Origin: Eledone cirrhosa | Taxonomy: Eukaryota | DNA: 64,000 nt | Direction: 5' to 3' | NCBI GenBank assembly: GCA_964016885.1 | Contig: OZ024740.1 | Location: 232,190,001-232,254,000 of the forward strand | Program-made: the position numbers and the translations under genes | The notes under the pieces: generated by a model | The model's database searches: none | The model's input: the letters and a program-made list of their open reading frames with translations, nothing else | Told to the model about the DNA's origin: nothing | Shown here: in pieces, positions 39,793 to 54,240 of the stretch | Layout: each line of letters begins with the position of its first letter | How positions within the stretch are numbered: position 1 is the first letter of the stretch

Positions 39793-40933
39793 AATTATTA
39801 TTAACACCAGAACCGCTAAGGACACAACTGCCTCAAAGACTCATCAATATCATCTCCACCACCACGACGACCACCACCACCACCATCATATCATCATCCT
39901 CATCATCATCATCATTGTCATCATCATCATCATCATCGTCGTCGTCGTCGTATTCGTCCTCTTTATCGTGATTGTCGTATCCATCATCATCTTCAACATC
40001 ACTATCACCAACAATAAACATGAGGGAAAACCAATGTAGACCTGGGCACACTGTCTGAATAGAAGATGGAATGGTTATGACTGGAATGCCTTTTATCATA
40101 GGTCTGCTCTGTGAAGGATGACCTGGGGTTAAACAATAATGACAAACCTCACGGCATCATCTTACAACCTTGCTGCCACTTCTTAATATAAAACTAAAAC
40201 TAAACATCAGTATACTGCTCTATCCTCATCCATTACAGCCGAACACCGCCATCACAGCTATCACATCCATCATCCATTTGCATTCTTACCAGCCCCAAGC
40301 GTTGTCATTCCTTCAGACTGTCCCCATCGGTAGTACGATCACCCCCAACATCACCGCTGTCGCCTTGTTTCCATCAGCACACTTCTACCATACCACCATC
40401 TACTGCCTTCCCCATTATCACCCTCACCACTTTCAAGTACAGCTACAATCATCTATCCCCATCCACAACGCAGTGGGGGAAATCCATGTGGCCCATTGTT
40501 CTGCTAGAAACAGCAGCCAAATGTTTAGCATATACCTTCGTGTAACCTTCTATGATTAAAAATATATATCGAACAATGTAGTTCAAGCAGAACGCAACAT
40601 GTGAAATGTTCATTGCTCAGCATCGCCATCATTCGATTACTGTATCATAAAAAGGGATTATCTGTACTAGGATCGATCATATGCTGAGATCATATCCATT
40701 ATACATATAAACCAAACCTTTACTAAAGGCTTAAGTAAATTGGATGGACGGATTTGCATTTATAACGCATTTTCGGTGGTTAGTTTGATTAATGAAATAC
40801 TTGTGTGTTTAAAGAGATTTGTTTCAAAGTTAAATCCATTTGTAGTAATACATTTATAAAAAAATAACTTCGTGGGCAGGAAAGAGGTACTAATCCGATT
40901 AATCCATCTTTTCTACCAACGGAATTATATATG

Positions 40934-41519
40934 CTAGCAGTGGTACCCGGCGTTGCACAGGATAAGGTATTTTGGAACCCGGGCCGCCAACAGACCTAAT
41001 CGTGGAAAAACTGCATGCCTGGACAATACGTAAAGAAAATAAACCAAATACTCTGATGGCTGGATAATCTTTAAGATTTTTCTCGACGAGGCAGAAAAAA
41101 TGCAGGTTTTCGCATAATGTGGGCTCTAGGGGATCAAGAAAATGAATATGTTAATGCCTTGAAATTTCGGGAAAATCAGCTAGACGTAACGCCTCAAAAA
41201 ATCCCTAAAAAGCTGAAACCAATAAGTTTTTCACCTAATGCGGGCACTAGGCCATAAACATGTTGGATTTTCTTTGCTCACGGTATGAAGAAGAGACTGA
41301 CTAATACATAGTTACAATTTCAAGGAAATCGGTCTGACGTAACGCCTCACAAAACCACTAAAAAGCTGGGGGAAAAACCAGTTTTTCACTTAATGCGGGC
41401 CCAAGTAATACACATGTAAAGTTTGAAAAAAATCGGTTCGGTACTTCTCGAATTTTAGGAATTCAAACTCACAGACACACACACACACAGACAGACATCC
41501 TCAGTTTTATATATATAGA
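40934..41519 (-). mobile_element. Non-autonomous Helitron
   Basis: Same termini as 7543-8770 (TCTATATATATAAAACTG; CCTGTGCAACGCCGGG hairpin; CTAG); internal ~130 bp repeats. Confidence 0.8.
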
Positions 41520-43047
41520 TAAAATTTCTATATATTGGCTATTAGTTAGCAGAATCGACAGAACCTTTGTGGTATATAGTACGAATAAGTTCAAATCTCT
41601 CCGAGGACAGCTTTACATTTGATCCATTCGGGGTCGGCAGTAGGGTAGGGTAGCATTGTTAAAACTATAGATGGAATGTCTTCCTATATCTTTTCCACCT
41701 ACGAGCGTTATGAGTTCAAATATCACTTCCTGCTAGATGTTGTGACCGAGAAATAGTAAGAGCAATGGAACAAGAAACAACACAAAGAAAACAGCTTTCT
41801 TTGTCTGATCAGACTTGCATGTTTATTTAGAAGTTTATAAATACAAAAAGAAAACAAATTAAAAATGTGCTATAACGAGCGAAAAATATATCGTTTCGGG
41901 CACTTGTCCATCTGCAGAGAAGAATATAGATGCAGAAAACAAAGAATTACAAATATTGGGTGGAATTTTATTAGCACAACGGCACTCCTCAAATATCTAT
42001 CAGAAACTAGATTTTCTCTCCGCGCGGAAAATTAATTCGCTGTAAATGTTTTCACTTCTGAACTGTTTCAAATTACATTTTTTGCCGACGCTGATCAAGA
42101 CTGAGCCTTTGATTCAGGATACTGCGTTCGTTTATAATGTGATTCGTGTAGTTTTAACTTGTATAAATATAGAGTTTGAAGTGTCTGGAACAACTCCAAG
42201 TATCATATTACACAATAAATCTGAGTGCACTACATTATAAACATTGTACTACACAAACTAAATTTCGTGAGCTACATTATAATCCTGATGCTTTTAAAGT
42301 TTAAAGCACCAAGAGTATAATATATAGCTCGTGAATAGATTGTTTTAAGTTTAAAGTGGATTATCTTGTGATAATCCACAAACCATCAAACATTTACAAA
42401 CCATCAAACATTTACAAACCATCAAACATTTACAATAGTTACCTCCCGCACACCCTACCTAATCCTTTTTCTTAAATAAATTAAATATCACCCAGCAAGA
42501 ATTGCTTCCCCATGCGTATTAAATCTCTAAAAAGGGAAATCATATCAAACCAAAGTCCACCATTTACCTCCTTCACGGAACCATGGTTCAACTAAGCACT
42601 CTTGCGATATTAACACATTTTGAACTGCTTAACTTCAATGACTGTGCTTGTAAATAACATTTTTCTTCCACATTGACTTTTTACGTTCCACATTATGCAC
42701 GTTTTTTTTTTTCCTTTTTCTTTTTTCTTTTCACTTCTTAAACCTTGTTTGTATAGCATTATTCTTTCTGCACCTTCTGTTTAACATGTGCGACACCACA
42801 CTAATACATTTCACTATCATTTGATAATGCATATAAATGCTGAAACCGGTAGTAGACAGTAATTAAATATATAAATAGATAAATAAATGCCATTGTTGAA
42901 TAATAAATAAATCGACTAATGCCTTAACACTTCACACAAAGTAAAACATTTCGTTTTAATCATTTTTTGGCCCAGAAAAAAGAGAGAGAGAAACAAAAAA
43001 GGAAAAAAAAAAATTTTTCTTCCTCATAATCGTCTCTTTCTCCCTGT

Positions 43048-43107
<60 letters not shown>

Positions 43108-43108
43108 A

Positions 43109-43150
<42 letters not shown>

Positions 43151-43343
43151 CATAGCCCGGAGAGTCTACGTTTATCTCCTTTCCTACCGTTTCTATGACA
43201 TTTTTCTGTTTCTCTCCTCTTATTAATTGTTGCACTTTGGTATTTTTTTTATTTTTTCGAGTTTGTTTAATTCAGCATAATGTATATCTCGTCTTGTGTC
43301 TACCTGTTTTGCTGTGTTCCAATGAGCACCAGAATGAATGGGA

Positions 43344-43386
43344 TCAACAATGATGAACTGAAGCTATAGTGAAATCCAGTTGTTGA
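43344..43386 (+). ncRNA. Degenerate hammerhead-like remnant
   Basis: TCAACA-ATGATGA-ACTGAAGCTATAGT-GAAA-TCCAGT-TGTTGA; C3 and stem III mutated. Confidence 0.4.
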
Positions 43387-43952
43387 CTGAGAAGTAACTG
43401 TCCGTTGTTCCGTTGATTTTTGCGTTATTTCTGACCCGTGCGCCCACTTGTTTTAGATCTCTATTCGAAAATCAGCCACTTGTATTTTATGAACATATCA
43501 AATAATAAACGTTACACCACCCAGTCTGCTTTCCTCGATTTTTCCTTCACACCATTTCTATAATTCCATGTCATTTTTCTTTGACCGAACGTTGGATTGT
43601 AGTCCATATATTTTAATTATTTTTTCTATTTCTCTCCATTCTATTTTTCTTCTTCGGTTAAGCCACCGAACAACATTTCTCTCACTCTTCATTTTCAGCT
43701 GATGTACTATGGTTTGTAGTATGTTTTTCGTCTTTGTTTAATCTTTCGAAAGCCAATACTCTTCCGGTATTACCACTGTCCAATGTGTACTGGGTTGATT
43801 AGTATCAACTTAATGCACATAAACTGTAGTATTTCCTAAGGTTGACTGAGGAGAAGGGACAGTCCGCTTTCACCATTTTTTTCCCCGATGACTTTGTTTT
43901 ATGCACCTCCCTGTTTGGATTCGTATTCGAAAGACTTAGTGACACTGTTTTA

Positions 43953-44017
<65 letters not shown>

Positions 44018-44020
44018 ATG

Positions 44021-44123
<103 letters not shown>

Positions 44124-44126
44124 CTA

Positions 44127-44290
44127 TATGAGGTGTGTCAGAAAAGTAACACGAATTAGGGCGCTGTGTCGAGAATGAATGAGGTAAGGATTAGCGGGTT
44201 GAGTCACCATATGACGTAATATCCGGGGAGTATATAACTACTATCTCAGCTCACTGCAAACATTGCATGTTTTTTACACGTGCTTTTGTT
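44127..44290 (+). mobile_element. Possible mariner-like terminal fragment
   Basis: TA-TGAGGTGTGTCAGAAAAGTAA resembles mariner TIRs; no partner TIR seen. Confidence 0.3.
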
Positions 44291-44492
44291 AACAGCTACT
44301 CTTATTAACAAACTAAACGGTGCATACAAAACCTAAAATTAATGCAGACAATGTTATACACTCTACAACAAAGCTTATTTTATCGCACAAGAGTATTTAA
44401 ATGTTATTAATAATTAGAGATGGTATTAACATAATACGATTCATCATAGGGGTGTATATGAAAGCATATACAGTATGATTATGTATAACTAG

Positions 44493-44679
44493 GGCGGTGA
44501 ATTGGCAGTATCGGTAGAGGGTTGGATGCCATGCTTTGATGCATAGAGTTACGGCCCTTGCCATTCTGAGTTCAAATCCCGCCGAGGTTAACTTTGCCTT
44601 TCATCCTTACGGGGTCGATAAAAATAAAGTACCAGTAATGCACTGGGTAATTGCTGGCCTTGTGCCAAAAGTAGAAACA
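44493..44679 (+). mobile_element. tRNA-derived SINE (family 1)
   Basis: Family match; 15 bp TSD ATTATGTATAACTAG. Confidence 0.9.
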
Positions 44680-44842
44680 ATTATGTATAACTAGATCACC
44701 CCTGACCCGTTGGCTCACGTTCACTTCTAAATATTTTTTAAAAATCATGTTCACTTAGAAATAATTTTTAAATAATTGAAATATACACAGACATTTGTAT
44801 AATGTGAAACGAAACTGGAAGCCCCATATATATACGTGTTTG

Positions 44843-44877
<35 letters not shown>

Positions 44878-45016
44878 GTGTGTGTGTGTGTATACATATA
44901 TATACATATGTATGTGTCTGTGTATATATATAATTATGTGGGTGTCTGTGATCTATATACACTGGTCATAGAAACACAGACATACACACACACACACATA
45001 TATATATATATACACT

Positions 45017-45064
<48 letters not shown>

Positions 45065-45309
45065 ACAACACCACCATCTCTCTCTCTCTTCCATTCTTCT
45101 TGTCTGTCTCCTGTCCTTCTCCCTATGTCTCTCTTTCAATCTACTCTCTCACAAACACTATCTCTTTATCTCTATTTTTCTCTCTCTCTCCCTGTTTATG
45201 CAGGTACCCGGAAAAATCCCATATCTTCGATTTACGCGAAACTTGTTTTATTCCATTTGTATTCCCATTTCAGGGTCAACTTCCTTCCAAAGTATTTACC
45301 CGTTATGCG

Positions 45310-45352
<43 letters not shown>

Positions 45353-45604
45353 CAATATAATAATAAATGGAAACTATATTTATAAAACCACAATTATTTT
45401 ATTATATATATTTTATTATAATTACCTCATTACCCGAATAAGACGAATACGAATGAGGACATTTTTCATATTCGTCTTATTCGGGAAACCTCTGGTAATG
45501 AGGTAATTATATTGTATTGTTTATTATACATTAAATTTAGCTCTGGTACTTACATAGAGCACTCTTCACTCCTATGACTTTTTCAATTTTCAACGGAAAC
45601 TTCA

Positions 45605-45636
<32 letters not shown>

Positions 45637-45694
45637 TCCGTTCCTGAATTTTTTTTGCGAGATTTGTTATCTGAAAACGTATGTTGAAACAGAT

Positions 45695-46116
45695 GTTGTT
45701 ATACTTTGGGAGGGTCATGCTGCCAATAAAAACACACGCACCTGTAGGTTTCACTTCAATCTATTATAAGTTTCCGGTTGGTTGGTTCGATAACCGGAAG
45801 GTTGTTTATATATTCTCAAAGCTCTTTCATCACACATTCTGTGAACTCCTCAGTGATTAGGTTTTTATTTTGTGTGTATTCTCCTTTATTCTGTCCTACA
45901 CCATTTTGTTTTTGTGTGTTGTGTGAGACACACATAATAAAAACCTAGTCATTGAGGAGGTCACATGATGTGTGACGAAAGACCTTTGATAATATATAAA
46001 CAACCTTCCGGTTATCGACCCAACCAACCAACAGAAAAATTATAATAAATTGAAGTGAAAATTAAAAGGCGCGTGTGGTTTTATTGGCAACATAACCCTC
46101 CCAAAGTATAACAATA
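45695..46116. mobile_element. Fold-back element, about 185 bp arms, decayed HHR in each arm (45816-45857 -, 45948-45990 +)
   Basis: Arms are reverse complements; cores CTGAGGA and TTGAGGA, TCAC..GTGA stem II, GAAAG..CTT. Confidence 0.85.
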
Positions 46117-46138
46117 TACATATATAATAAAAATATAA

Positions 46139-46202
<64 letters not shown>

Positions 46203-47214
46203 GAGAGCGTGAGAAATGCATTTATATGATATGTATGTGTGTATCAGTATGTTTGTTGGTTTCTGTTTCTGTCTCTCTTTCTTTCACTCTTTCTATTTCT
46301 GTCGGTCTGGAATCTGGCACCACTGCAATAACCCTAACTTCTGGCTACATTATATCCGTCACCACACAAAAAGGTATCTTATGCGACACAAACGCCACTA
46401 CTAACTACCATCACCACTAACAGCAATAACAGAGTCTCACAGTTATAAAAATCAACATACTTCCCACATCCACCACAACTACTACCTCCACCACTACCAA
46501 TACCAACCACCATTACCCCTACTTTAACAAGTTTCATCATTATCAACATAAATAAAAGTCCTCACACTTCAATTCACGCCTCAGTCTATATCCCCCCTCT
46601 CTCTCTCTCTGCTTATCTCTCTCTCTATCGCTCTCCCTCCCCCTCCTTCTCTTTCTACCTCTTTTTCCATCCCTTTACCTCTTCGCTTTTTTTCCCTCTC
46701 GACTTCTTTGGTATGTCTGTGTATGTGAATATCTGTGCAGGGATTCTGTGATATCTGACGAAAGCAAGATGGCGACCAGATGTAAATATTGACACGCTAA
46801 TGTCCAACAAGAAATGAAATACAACCTAAAATCCCGACTGATGTTTTCAAATAAAAGATCACTTTCTCTCTCCATGACTTCCAAATATATATTTGTTGAT
46901 TTGCTACTGGTGTTGTTTTATACTTCTATGTTTCTTCTACACGTTACTTGACGTGCATGAAACAACTGGGTTCATTGGCAACCATTTTGTAATATTCTTA
47001 TTTATTCACTTGTAATTTGTTTAATTGTGTGTTACATTGTTTTTGTATTCCTCTATGCCTGAGATGACATTTTTACTAGACTATATCGTTCATCGAGAAA
47101 ATTAACTTTATCTTACTGTACGTTCTTTCGGGAGTTAAAATTAGCATATGTAACGATGGTCTTTATGTGGTATGCATATAATCTTTTATTCTATTTAAAC
47201 ATCAGCAATAAGAA

Positions 47215-48106
47215 AAGAAATCGTAACAATAGACAAACTATATACCTTCTCACTCAACGTTAAATCTAATGTAGGTAAAAATTGTTAAGCCCTCTTAGAT
47301 AGACACTTTCCCATAGGTCACAAATACCGCTCCATCTTTAACAGCCACAGAGTAAAACTAGGGTACTTCTGCGCTAAGAATATGAAGGCCGACATAAACA
47401 ACAGTTCTAAGAGCAGCACCCCACCAGGGTGCTCTTGCCAAAAATCTGAGGCTTGTCACCTTCAACAGCAATGCAACACAGCAGCCGTAGTTTATGACGC
47501 TGTGGTCACTTCCAACCGACCAAATCAATCACAGGAGGTCAAATCCTATGTGGATATGGCGGAGGGCCGTTTTAAGGAACACTTCATGAACCATCAGTCG
47601 ACCTTTAGGTACCTGTACAAACGATCATCCACGAAACTCGCGAGCCACTATGGTCCTTCAAGGACTCAAATATAGACTACTCCATTCAATAGAAAGCCAT
47701 GACTAAGTCCAAGCCATACGCAAGGGGCAATCCGTCTTTTGGACTGTGTATTGATGAACGGATAAATATTCTAAGGAGATAGCCATTGCCTGAACTTATG
47801 AAATGAAATCTTCACACGTTGTCCTCATGTCTGGAAACACCTCTTGCATAACTACAAAGCTCCGGATTGAATAACAACAGCATTCTAATTGTCTTATCAA
47901 CTCGAACTACTTTTTGGACTTTCGCAGTTATATCCCTTACACCTTTCGCCCGTGGCGTTGTATCGCTTCACTGTAGTGACCGTTTCTGCGCATACGTGTT
48001 CATGCACTTATTCTTCCTATTCCGTATAACCATGACCAGTCCGAGCTGAAGATCCGCCAAGGTGAAACAATTGTTCTCGGTGTGGTGAACTAACTGTTGT
48101 GTTACT

Positions 48107-48110
<4 letters not shown>
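47215..48110 (+). mobile_element. 5'-truncated PLE (YRDDG-like lineage): GIY-YIG remnant plus 3' UTR
   Basis: CSCQKSEACHLQQQCNTAAVVYDAVV...KSYVDMAEGRFKEHFMNHQSTF...STKLASH; ends at (TA)n. Confidence 0.85.
48035..48086 (+). ncRNA. Minimal type I hammerhead ribozyme, intact core, GUU site
   Basis: ACCA.GT.CCGAG-CTGAAGA-TCCGCCAAGGT-GAAAC-AATT-GTT-CTCGG.TG.TGGT. Confidence 0.8.
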
Positions 48111-48197
<87 letters not shown>

Positions 48198-48329
48198 TTC
48201 CTGCTCTGTAAAACAACTGATGTTCTCACATTGAGCTATTTCCCTTACTGGTAATAAGGTAGTAGGAAATTACTGACCTTTCCTGTTTATAATTGTTTAT
48301 AGTATATACATAACTATAAATAGTATTAT

Positions 48330-48388
<59 letters not shown>

Positions 48389-48961
48389 AATGTATATATA
48401 TGTATATATATATATTTTAAAATATATCAAACTTAAACCAAAATCTCAATTTGGGTGGATAGAAGCTAGATCGTCTAAAATAAGTCAGTTTTTACTTATA
48501 TAGTCCCCGACCATGGTTTCTGGAAGTCAAGAAACATCAACGGTAATTCCAAGACATTGGAAAAACCAATATTGAAAGAATTTCACTTCCTTCATTGAGA
48601 CAACAATTCTTTCTTAGAAACACGGGGACAAGTTCAATATATATTATACATACCATGTTGTTGCCATAATTATATTTTATTTTATTTTTTTACTTCTCCG
48701 ATTAGATAATTTATTAACATATCTTATCCTTTCATTGAGTTATTTACCTATTAGAGACAGCTAACTGTATAAAGTTATAAATGAATATATATATATATAT
48801 ATGTATATTTATTAAAATAACAGATTAAAGTTTAAGCAAAGAATCGCTGCTTTCACCCTTAACGGGATCTTCTAAATATTTGCTCTACGGTTCTTATATA
48901 TTTGATATATATTTATCCTTATCGAGCGCTCTTTGGATTTTAGTCTTCAAATTTATTATTT

Positions 48962-49002
<41 letters not shown>

Positions 49003-50014
49003 ATGCATCTGTGTATTTATATGTGTATATATATATATATGCGTGTGTGTGTATGTGTGTGTGTGGGCGTGCGTGTTTGTGTGTCTTTGTACATAAGTGA
49101 ATGTGTGCGTATGCTTCTTTGAGAAAAATATACATCCAAATTTGAAGGAAGAAATAAAAAGTAATTTTCTCATTGCGATTTTTATACTTTCCTTTTTTTT
49201 TCATTAAATAACATTATCCAGAAAATAGTATAAACATTTAGAAGAACAACGCCGTTACTACCAATAAGAATTACATTAATCATGATAACAAACATAATAT
49301 TAATAATACCAATTTAAAAAGTTATAAAAATCATAATTATGATAAACAAAAAATAGCCAAGCGTTCATATGAATATGAGTTGATTTAATTTCCTTTACTA
49401 AGTACTTACTAGGATTGTTTTTTTTTTCTGTTTCTTGCTTAATCGGATTGCTGATAAAATATTTCCCGTTGACTGCCCACAATATCCTCTTTAATAAGCT
49501 GCCCGACTGTTGCCTTAAGTAATCTAGATTACATATTGGACGGCTTTTGTGCGCGTTTTGTGCTGTTCCTTAATAACAGCACAGGTGCTCCTAAACGTCT
49601 ACGTATTGCGTCTTACCTCCGGAAATATCATTTGCTGCTCATGGAGAGAGCGCTTTCTTAGGCTTGTAGCTTTGTTGGTGTGGGAAGAGCAGAAGAAAGA
49701 AAGTAAATACAATAAAGTGAGGAATGAAAGAAAGTAAGTGCAATGAAGGGAGGAATGAAAGAAAGAAAAATAAGTTCGGGCATATTTTATTCATAATAAA
49801 ATTAATAACAATTCCGTTAAATATAAATATATAAATGAGAAATAAAACTATTACCAACACAATTATCACCAATAGTAACAATAAGAACAGCATCAAGGAA
49901 AATAGGCAGAACGTTTGAAAAGCTTATGAAACGGTATTAACGTTTATTAACGTTTGACTTGTGCGTGTACCAACAATGTAAAACCTGGCTACTCTTTCAA
50001 TATTATTAGTTGGA

Positions 50015-50114
50015 CGCCGAGGTTAACTTTGCCTTTCATCCTTACGGGGTCGATAAAATAAAGTACCAGTAATGTACTGGGTAATTTGCTGTCCTTGTGC
50101 CAAAAGTAGAAACA
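50015..50114 (+). mobile_element. 5'-truncated SINE (family 1)
   Basis: 13 bp TSD ATTATTAGTTGGA. Confidence 0.85.
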
Positions 50115-50664
50115 ATTATTAGTTGGATGAATTCTACTTAGATTTACAACTTTTCTACGTAAGTCTTTTCTATGAGAATAAACACACTTTTAAGGACACA
50201 TTGAGGATATCGACACCTAAAAATAACAGTCCTGCAAAAAATAACAGCCAATTTCCATTCAAATCACACCCCTACAGATTTTAAAATGAGTATTATAAAA
50301 GGAAACATTGTGAGCGGTCCCACCTGATCCATTCGCACATTACTACATTACGGATTCCAAGTGAAAGAGAGAAAGAGAGAGTGGGTGAGGGTGAGAGAAA
50401 GAGATGACGAAAGAATGCAATAAATTAATTAATCAACCCCACGAATTCACTAGTGATTTCTTCTTTATCTCGAAAAGTAAAAACAAAGTTGACCTCGCCG
50501 GAATGTGAACTCAGTTCAGCCCGGTGCGTTAACGTGTCTCCCTTTTTATCGCATCTTATATATATATGAAGGAACGATCGACTTTCGTCAAATCGGACCG
50601 AGGGAACAATGTTTCCGTTGGTCTTTCCAATTGCTAATACTATCTATCGGTCGCAACTCCAGGT

Positions 50665-50787
50665 AGAAGAAGCAACGTGAAATAAAGTGTCTTGCTCAAG
50701 GACATAACGCATCACCTGGTCCAGGAATCGAACTCACAACCTTACGATTGCGAATCGAATTCTCTAACCACTCAGCCACACGCCTTC
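50665..50787 (-). mobile_element. tRNA head and CORE-like part of a SINE related to family 2
   Basis: Reverse complement GGCGTGTGGCTGAGTGGTTAGAG...GAGTTCGATTCC...TCCTTGAGCAAGACACTT. Confidence 0.75.
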
Positions 50788-50788
50788 A

Positions 50789-50832
<44 letters not shown>

Positions 50833-50857
50833 TGCGTGCTCGCGTGCGCGCGTGTGT

Positions 50858-50983
<126 letters not shown>

Positions 50984-51079
50984 CGCGTGCGTGTAAAAGG
51001 TAAACAGAAATAACAACCCAATCGGTACAGTATATGGAAGGAATATATTAGGTTAACGCTTGAAATAGCTAGAAGAGGG

Positions 51080-51115
51080 TCTTAACGTCTCGGACGCTAG
51101 CCCTTCATCAGAAGA
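51080..51115 (-). ncRNA. Degenerate minimal hammerhead (GAAA mutated to GAGA)
   Basis: Reverse complement UCUU-CUGAUGA-AGGGCUAGCGUCC-GAGACGUU-AAGA. Confidence 0.55.
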
Positions 51116-51534
51116 AAAAAATAAGAAATGAGAAAGATTGAAGGAACGGCAGGGCGGAATGGGGAAAATCATGGGAAACAACACTGTTGATGCTGGCGTT
51201 TTGTGTATGATATACCTTTTTAGAAAAGTGGATGATGGAGCGCGTCTACTTGAAATGGAAAAAAAAAACTGTTTTGTGTATAGAGCTATACGTGTACGCG
51301 TGCATATACATGTATGTATGTCTGTGTTATTATACATCCGTAATAAAAGAAACGATGATCGCTGGTATAAATTCAGGGCCCTCCGGGCAGCGTCTAATTC
51401 ATTCAATGAATCTGGCGAATTGCAGTAATGTTGCTGCAATCAACTGTTCAGATTTCACTCATTCAGTTAACAGTAGATACGTTGGCTGTGATACGTTGGT
51501 AGAGATACAAAAAAAAATATCTACTATAATATTT

Positions 51535-51910
51535 TTTTCTACTTTCTGCTCAAGGCCAGCAATTATTCCAATGCATTACTGGTACTATATTTTATCGACC
51601 CCATAAGGATGAAGGGCAAAGTTATCCTCGGCGGGATATGAACTTAGAACATAAAGAGCCATAACTCTATGCTGCAAAGCATGGTATCTGACGCTCTACT
51701 GATACTGCCAACAAACGCCTTTATATATCTCATATAATAAATGTTTCTACTTTTTGCACAAAGCCAGCAATTATCCCAGTGCATTACTGGTACTTTATTT
51801 TATCGACCCCGTAAGGATGAAAGGCAAAGTTAACCGCGGGATTTGAACTCAGACTGTAAAGGGACGTAACTATGTTGGAAAGCCTGGTGCCTGAGTTTCT
51901 ACTGATACTG
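51535..51910 (-). mobile_element. Two tandem SINEs (family 1): 51535-51719 and 51741-51910
   Basis: Family match. Confidence 0.85.
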
Positions 51911-51944
51911 CTGAGTCGTAGTCATCGAATAGCACCGAAAAATC

Positions 51945-51975
<31 letters not shown>

Positions 51976-52267
51976 TATACATATATAAAAAATAAAATAA
52001 AGATGGCCATCTTTGTTTTTATTTTTCTCGTGACAGGCTGAAGAAATTGGGTTCCAGAACCCAACCAAACTTGAGTACCTGTTTATGTCACTTGTAACTA
52101 TTTATACTAAACTCGTCCTATGGACTGAGTGCTCTTACTCTTGGATATTTCCACTTAACCTTTACTTCAGTATATATATATACCACCTACCCCCCACTCT
52201 CCTGAGCGTGAAATTAATAAACATTTATTGTACTGCCTCTCTGTTTTGTCCCTGTTCAAATTTTTCC

Positions 52268-52315
<48 letters not shown>

Positions 52316-52575
52316 GTGATATACGATGTAAGTTATATATTTTGCACTCAGCCTCACCGCTCTGTCCGGGTCAGTATAAAATCTTTTCCTGGGTCCTGTA
52401 TTTTCCTGCTCTAGTGATGCGGCTGGACTGCCGACCGCTATATCTGATTTGCTAAGCTGTCTGAACGTAATGTTATTACTCTGTGGTTCTTCCTCATCCG
52501 AGTGCTAAAGCTACAGACTGATTCTGCAATCGTTAGCTTGGCCGTGTTTTAAAGCTTCGTTAATGCTGTACTAAA

Positions 52576-52666
<91 letters not shown>

Positions 52667-52699
52667 CGAGGTTATTGATATGAAATCGTGAGTCGAAAC

Positions 52700-54240
52700 A
52701 AATAGTTATACTTGGGGAGGGTCTACACCCAAAATGAGGGAGCAGCCATTGGCGTCAACATAACTGGTGACGTTGCCAACCTTTTTATGGTATAGTGGGA
52801 AAGGAGACTCAAATAGCTACTTGATGAGAGCTCCATAGACCTCATCATGTACTCTCGTTACGTAGACGACATTAATATAGTAATAAGGACATCCCCACAA
52901 GAGAGTACTAACAAGTATGATTTAGAATGTAGCACAATGGAAAGCATCCAGCAGATAGCTAATTCCATACACCAGAGTATAACTGTAACTATCGACTACC
53001 CTTCAAACACCGTAACAATAGACTACATGTATTAGACACGGAACTCTGGATTAAGACTATAGACGAGAGAGCCCAAATTCTCCACTCACACTACGCTAAA
53101 CCCATGCCCTCCAGATACCCGATACTCAGCAATGTCCAGTAGTGCTAAGTTTAATATTCTGATCGCAGACTTGGTACGAGTGATGAAGAACGTGTCCCGC
53201 ATGTGCGACCCAACAGAAATGGAAAGACACATCCAGCACTTCATCAACCGTATGCAGTTCTCTGGCTACAACCAAAGAGACATAATCAGAGTATACGAAG
53301 GAGCCACGGAGAAGTATAGGACCCTCATAGAACTGGACATGAAAGGAATGTCCCCGTTATACAGGAGCAAAGCATGGAATAGCTTAGGTAGGATTAAACA
53401 TGAGGTAGGGAAAGCCACCTCATGGTACGACAACCAGAGATACCAGAGTGTCATGTTCGTGGACGCAACCCCTGGAGGAAAATTAGCTAACCAGTGTAGA
53501 AAGGCCCCGAGAAAGACTCACTTAAAATTAAGGTGGTAGAAAAGCCAGGAACCACCATAAAATCCCTGATCAGCAAAACATAACCTTTTAAGAAAACCCA
53601 CTGTACTAATAGGAAATGTGTTATATGTAAAGTAAACCCCCGGATAAACTGTAAAACCAGAAACGTAGTCTATAGCATAAGATGTACAGAGGGTACTTGC
53701 AGAAACATGACAACAACATACATAGGCGAGATAAAAGGATGATAAAACGGTTCAGTACTATACGAACACGCCAGACACAACATGACGGTAACATAGACAA
53801 CATAGAAATTAAAATAATATCTAAACATAGAAATGACCCAGCAGATAGGCAAATCAGAGAGGTCAGTGAAATAGAACTTAGAAGGCCAAAGCTAAACAGA
53901 AAAAAATGAAGGGAAGAACAACCATACCCAAACCAACAATACTGACCTAAGAGAAATATAAATAAATAAATAATTAAATACATACACAAGCACAATAACA
54001 ACAAACACACATAAACACACACTTGTAAGCTAAGATAGAATACAATAACCAATGCACAGTCACTAAAACGTGAACACACATCAAACACTATACTCACACG
54101 CAAACGCATGCGCAGAGAAGACAAAAATAAATAAATAAATAAACAGATTAAATAAAGATGGCGTAGATAGATATACAATACAACAGGAGGAAACATAATA
54201 GCACCACTGACGATGTTGCAGATGTGCAACGAAAAAAATT
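52700..54240 (+). mobile_element. 5'-truncated, disrupted Penelope-like element (third lineage)
   Basis: YTQNEGAAIG, YSRYVDD, AKFNILIADLVRVMKN..MQFSGY..PLYRSKAW, VMFVDATPGGKLA, CTNRKCVIC..NCKTRNVVYSIRC..YIGE; HHR core CTGACGA-TGTTGCAGATGTGCAAC-GAAA at 54207-54234. Confidence 0.85.

Larger units (their letters stand above)
36020..40020. repeat. Extended trinucleotide microsatellite domain (TAC, AAC, ACC/GGT, TAG, ATC) with a ~45 bp AAC-rich minisatellite at 36575-36965
   Basis: Direct reading; source of the poly-T/V/S/C/H ORFs in the track. Confidence 0.9.

Noticed and set aside
41885-41930. Minus-strand hammerhead-like motifs (also about 48503-48545 and 2660-2690)
   Set aside because: Core mutated and stem I or III unsupported; too decayed to call
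50715-50787. tRNA-like sequences with A/B boxes (also 5165-5195, 35028, 60223)
   Set aside because: SINE heads or scraps continuing into SINE body; no complete cloverleaf verified
51130-51480. Possible GIY-YIG C-terminal remnant upstream of the 51.1 kb HHR
   Set aside because: Only a weak frameshifted PEGLN-like hint; not enough to annotate
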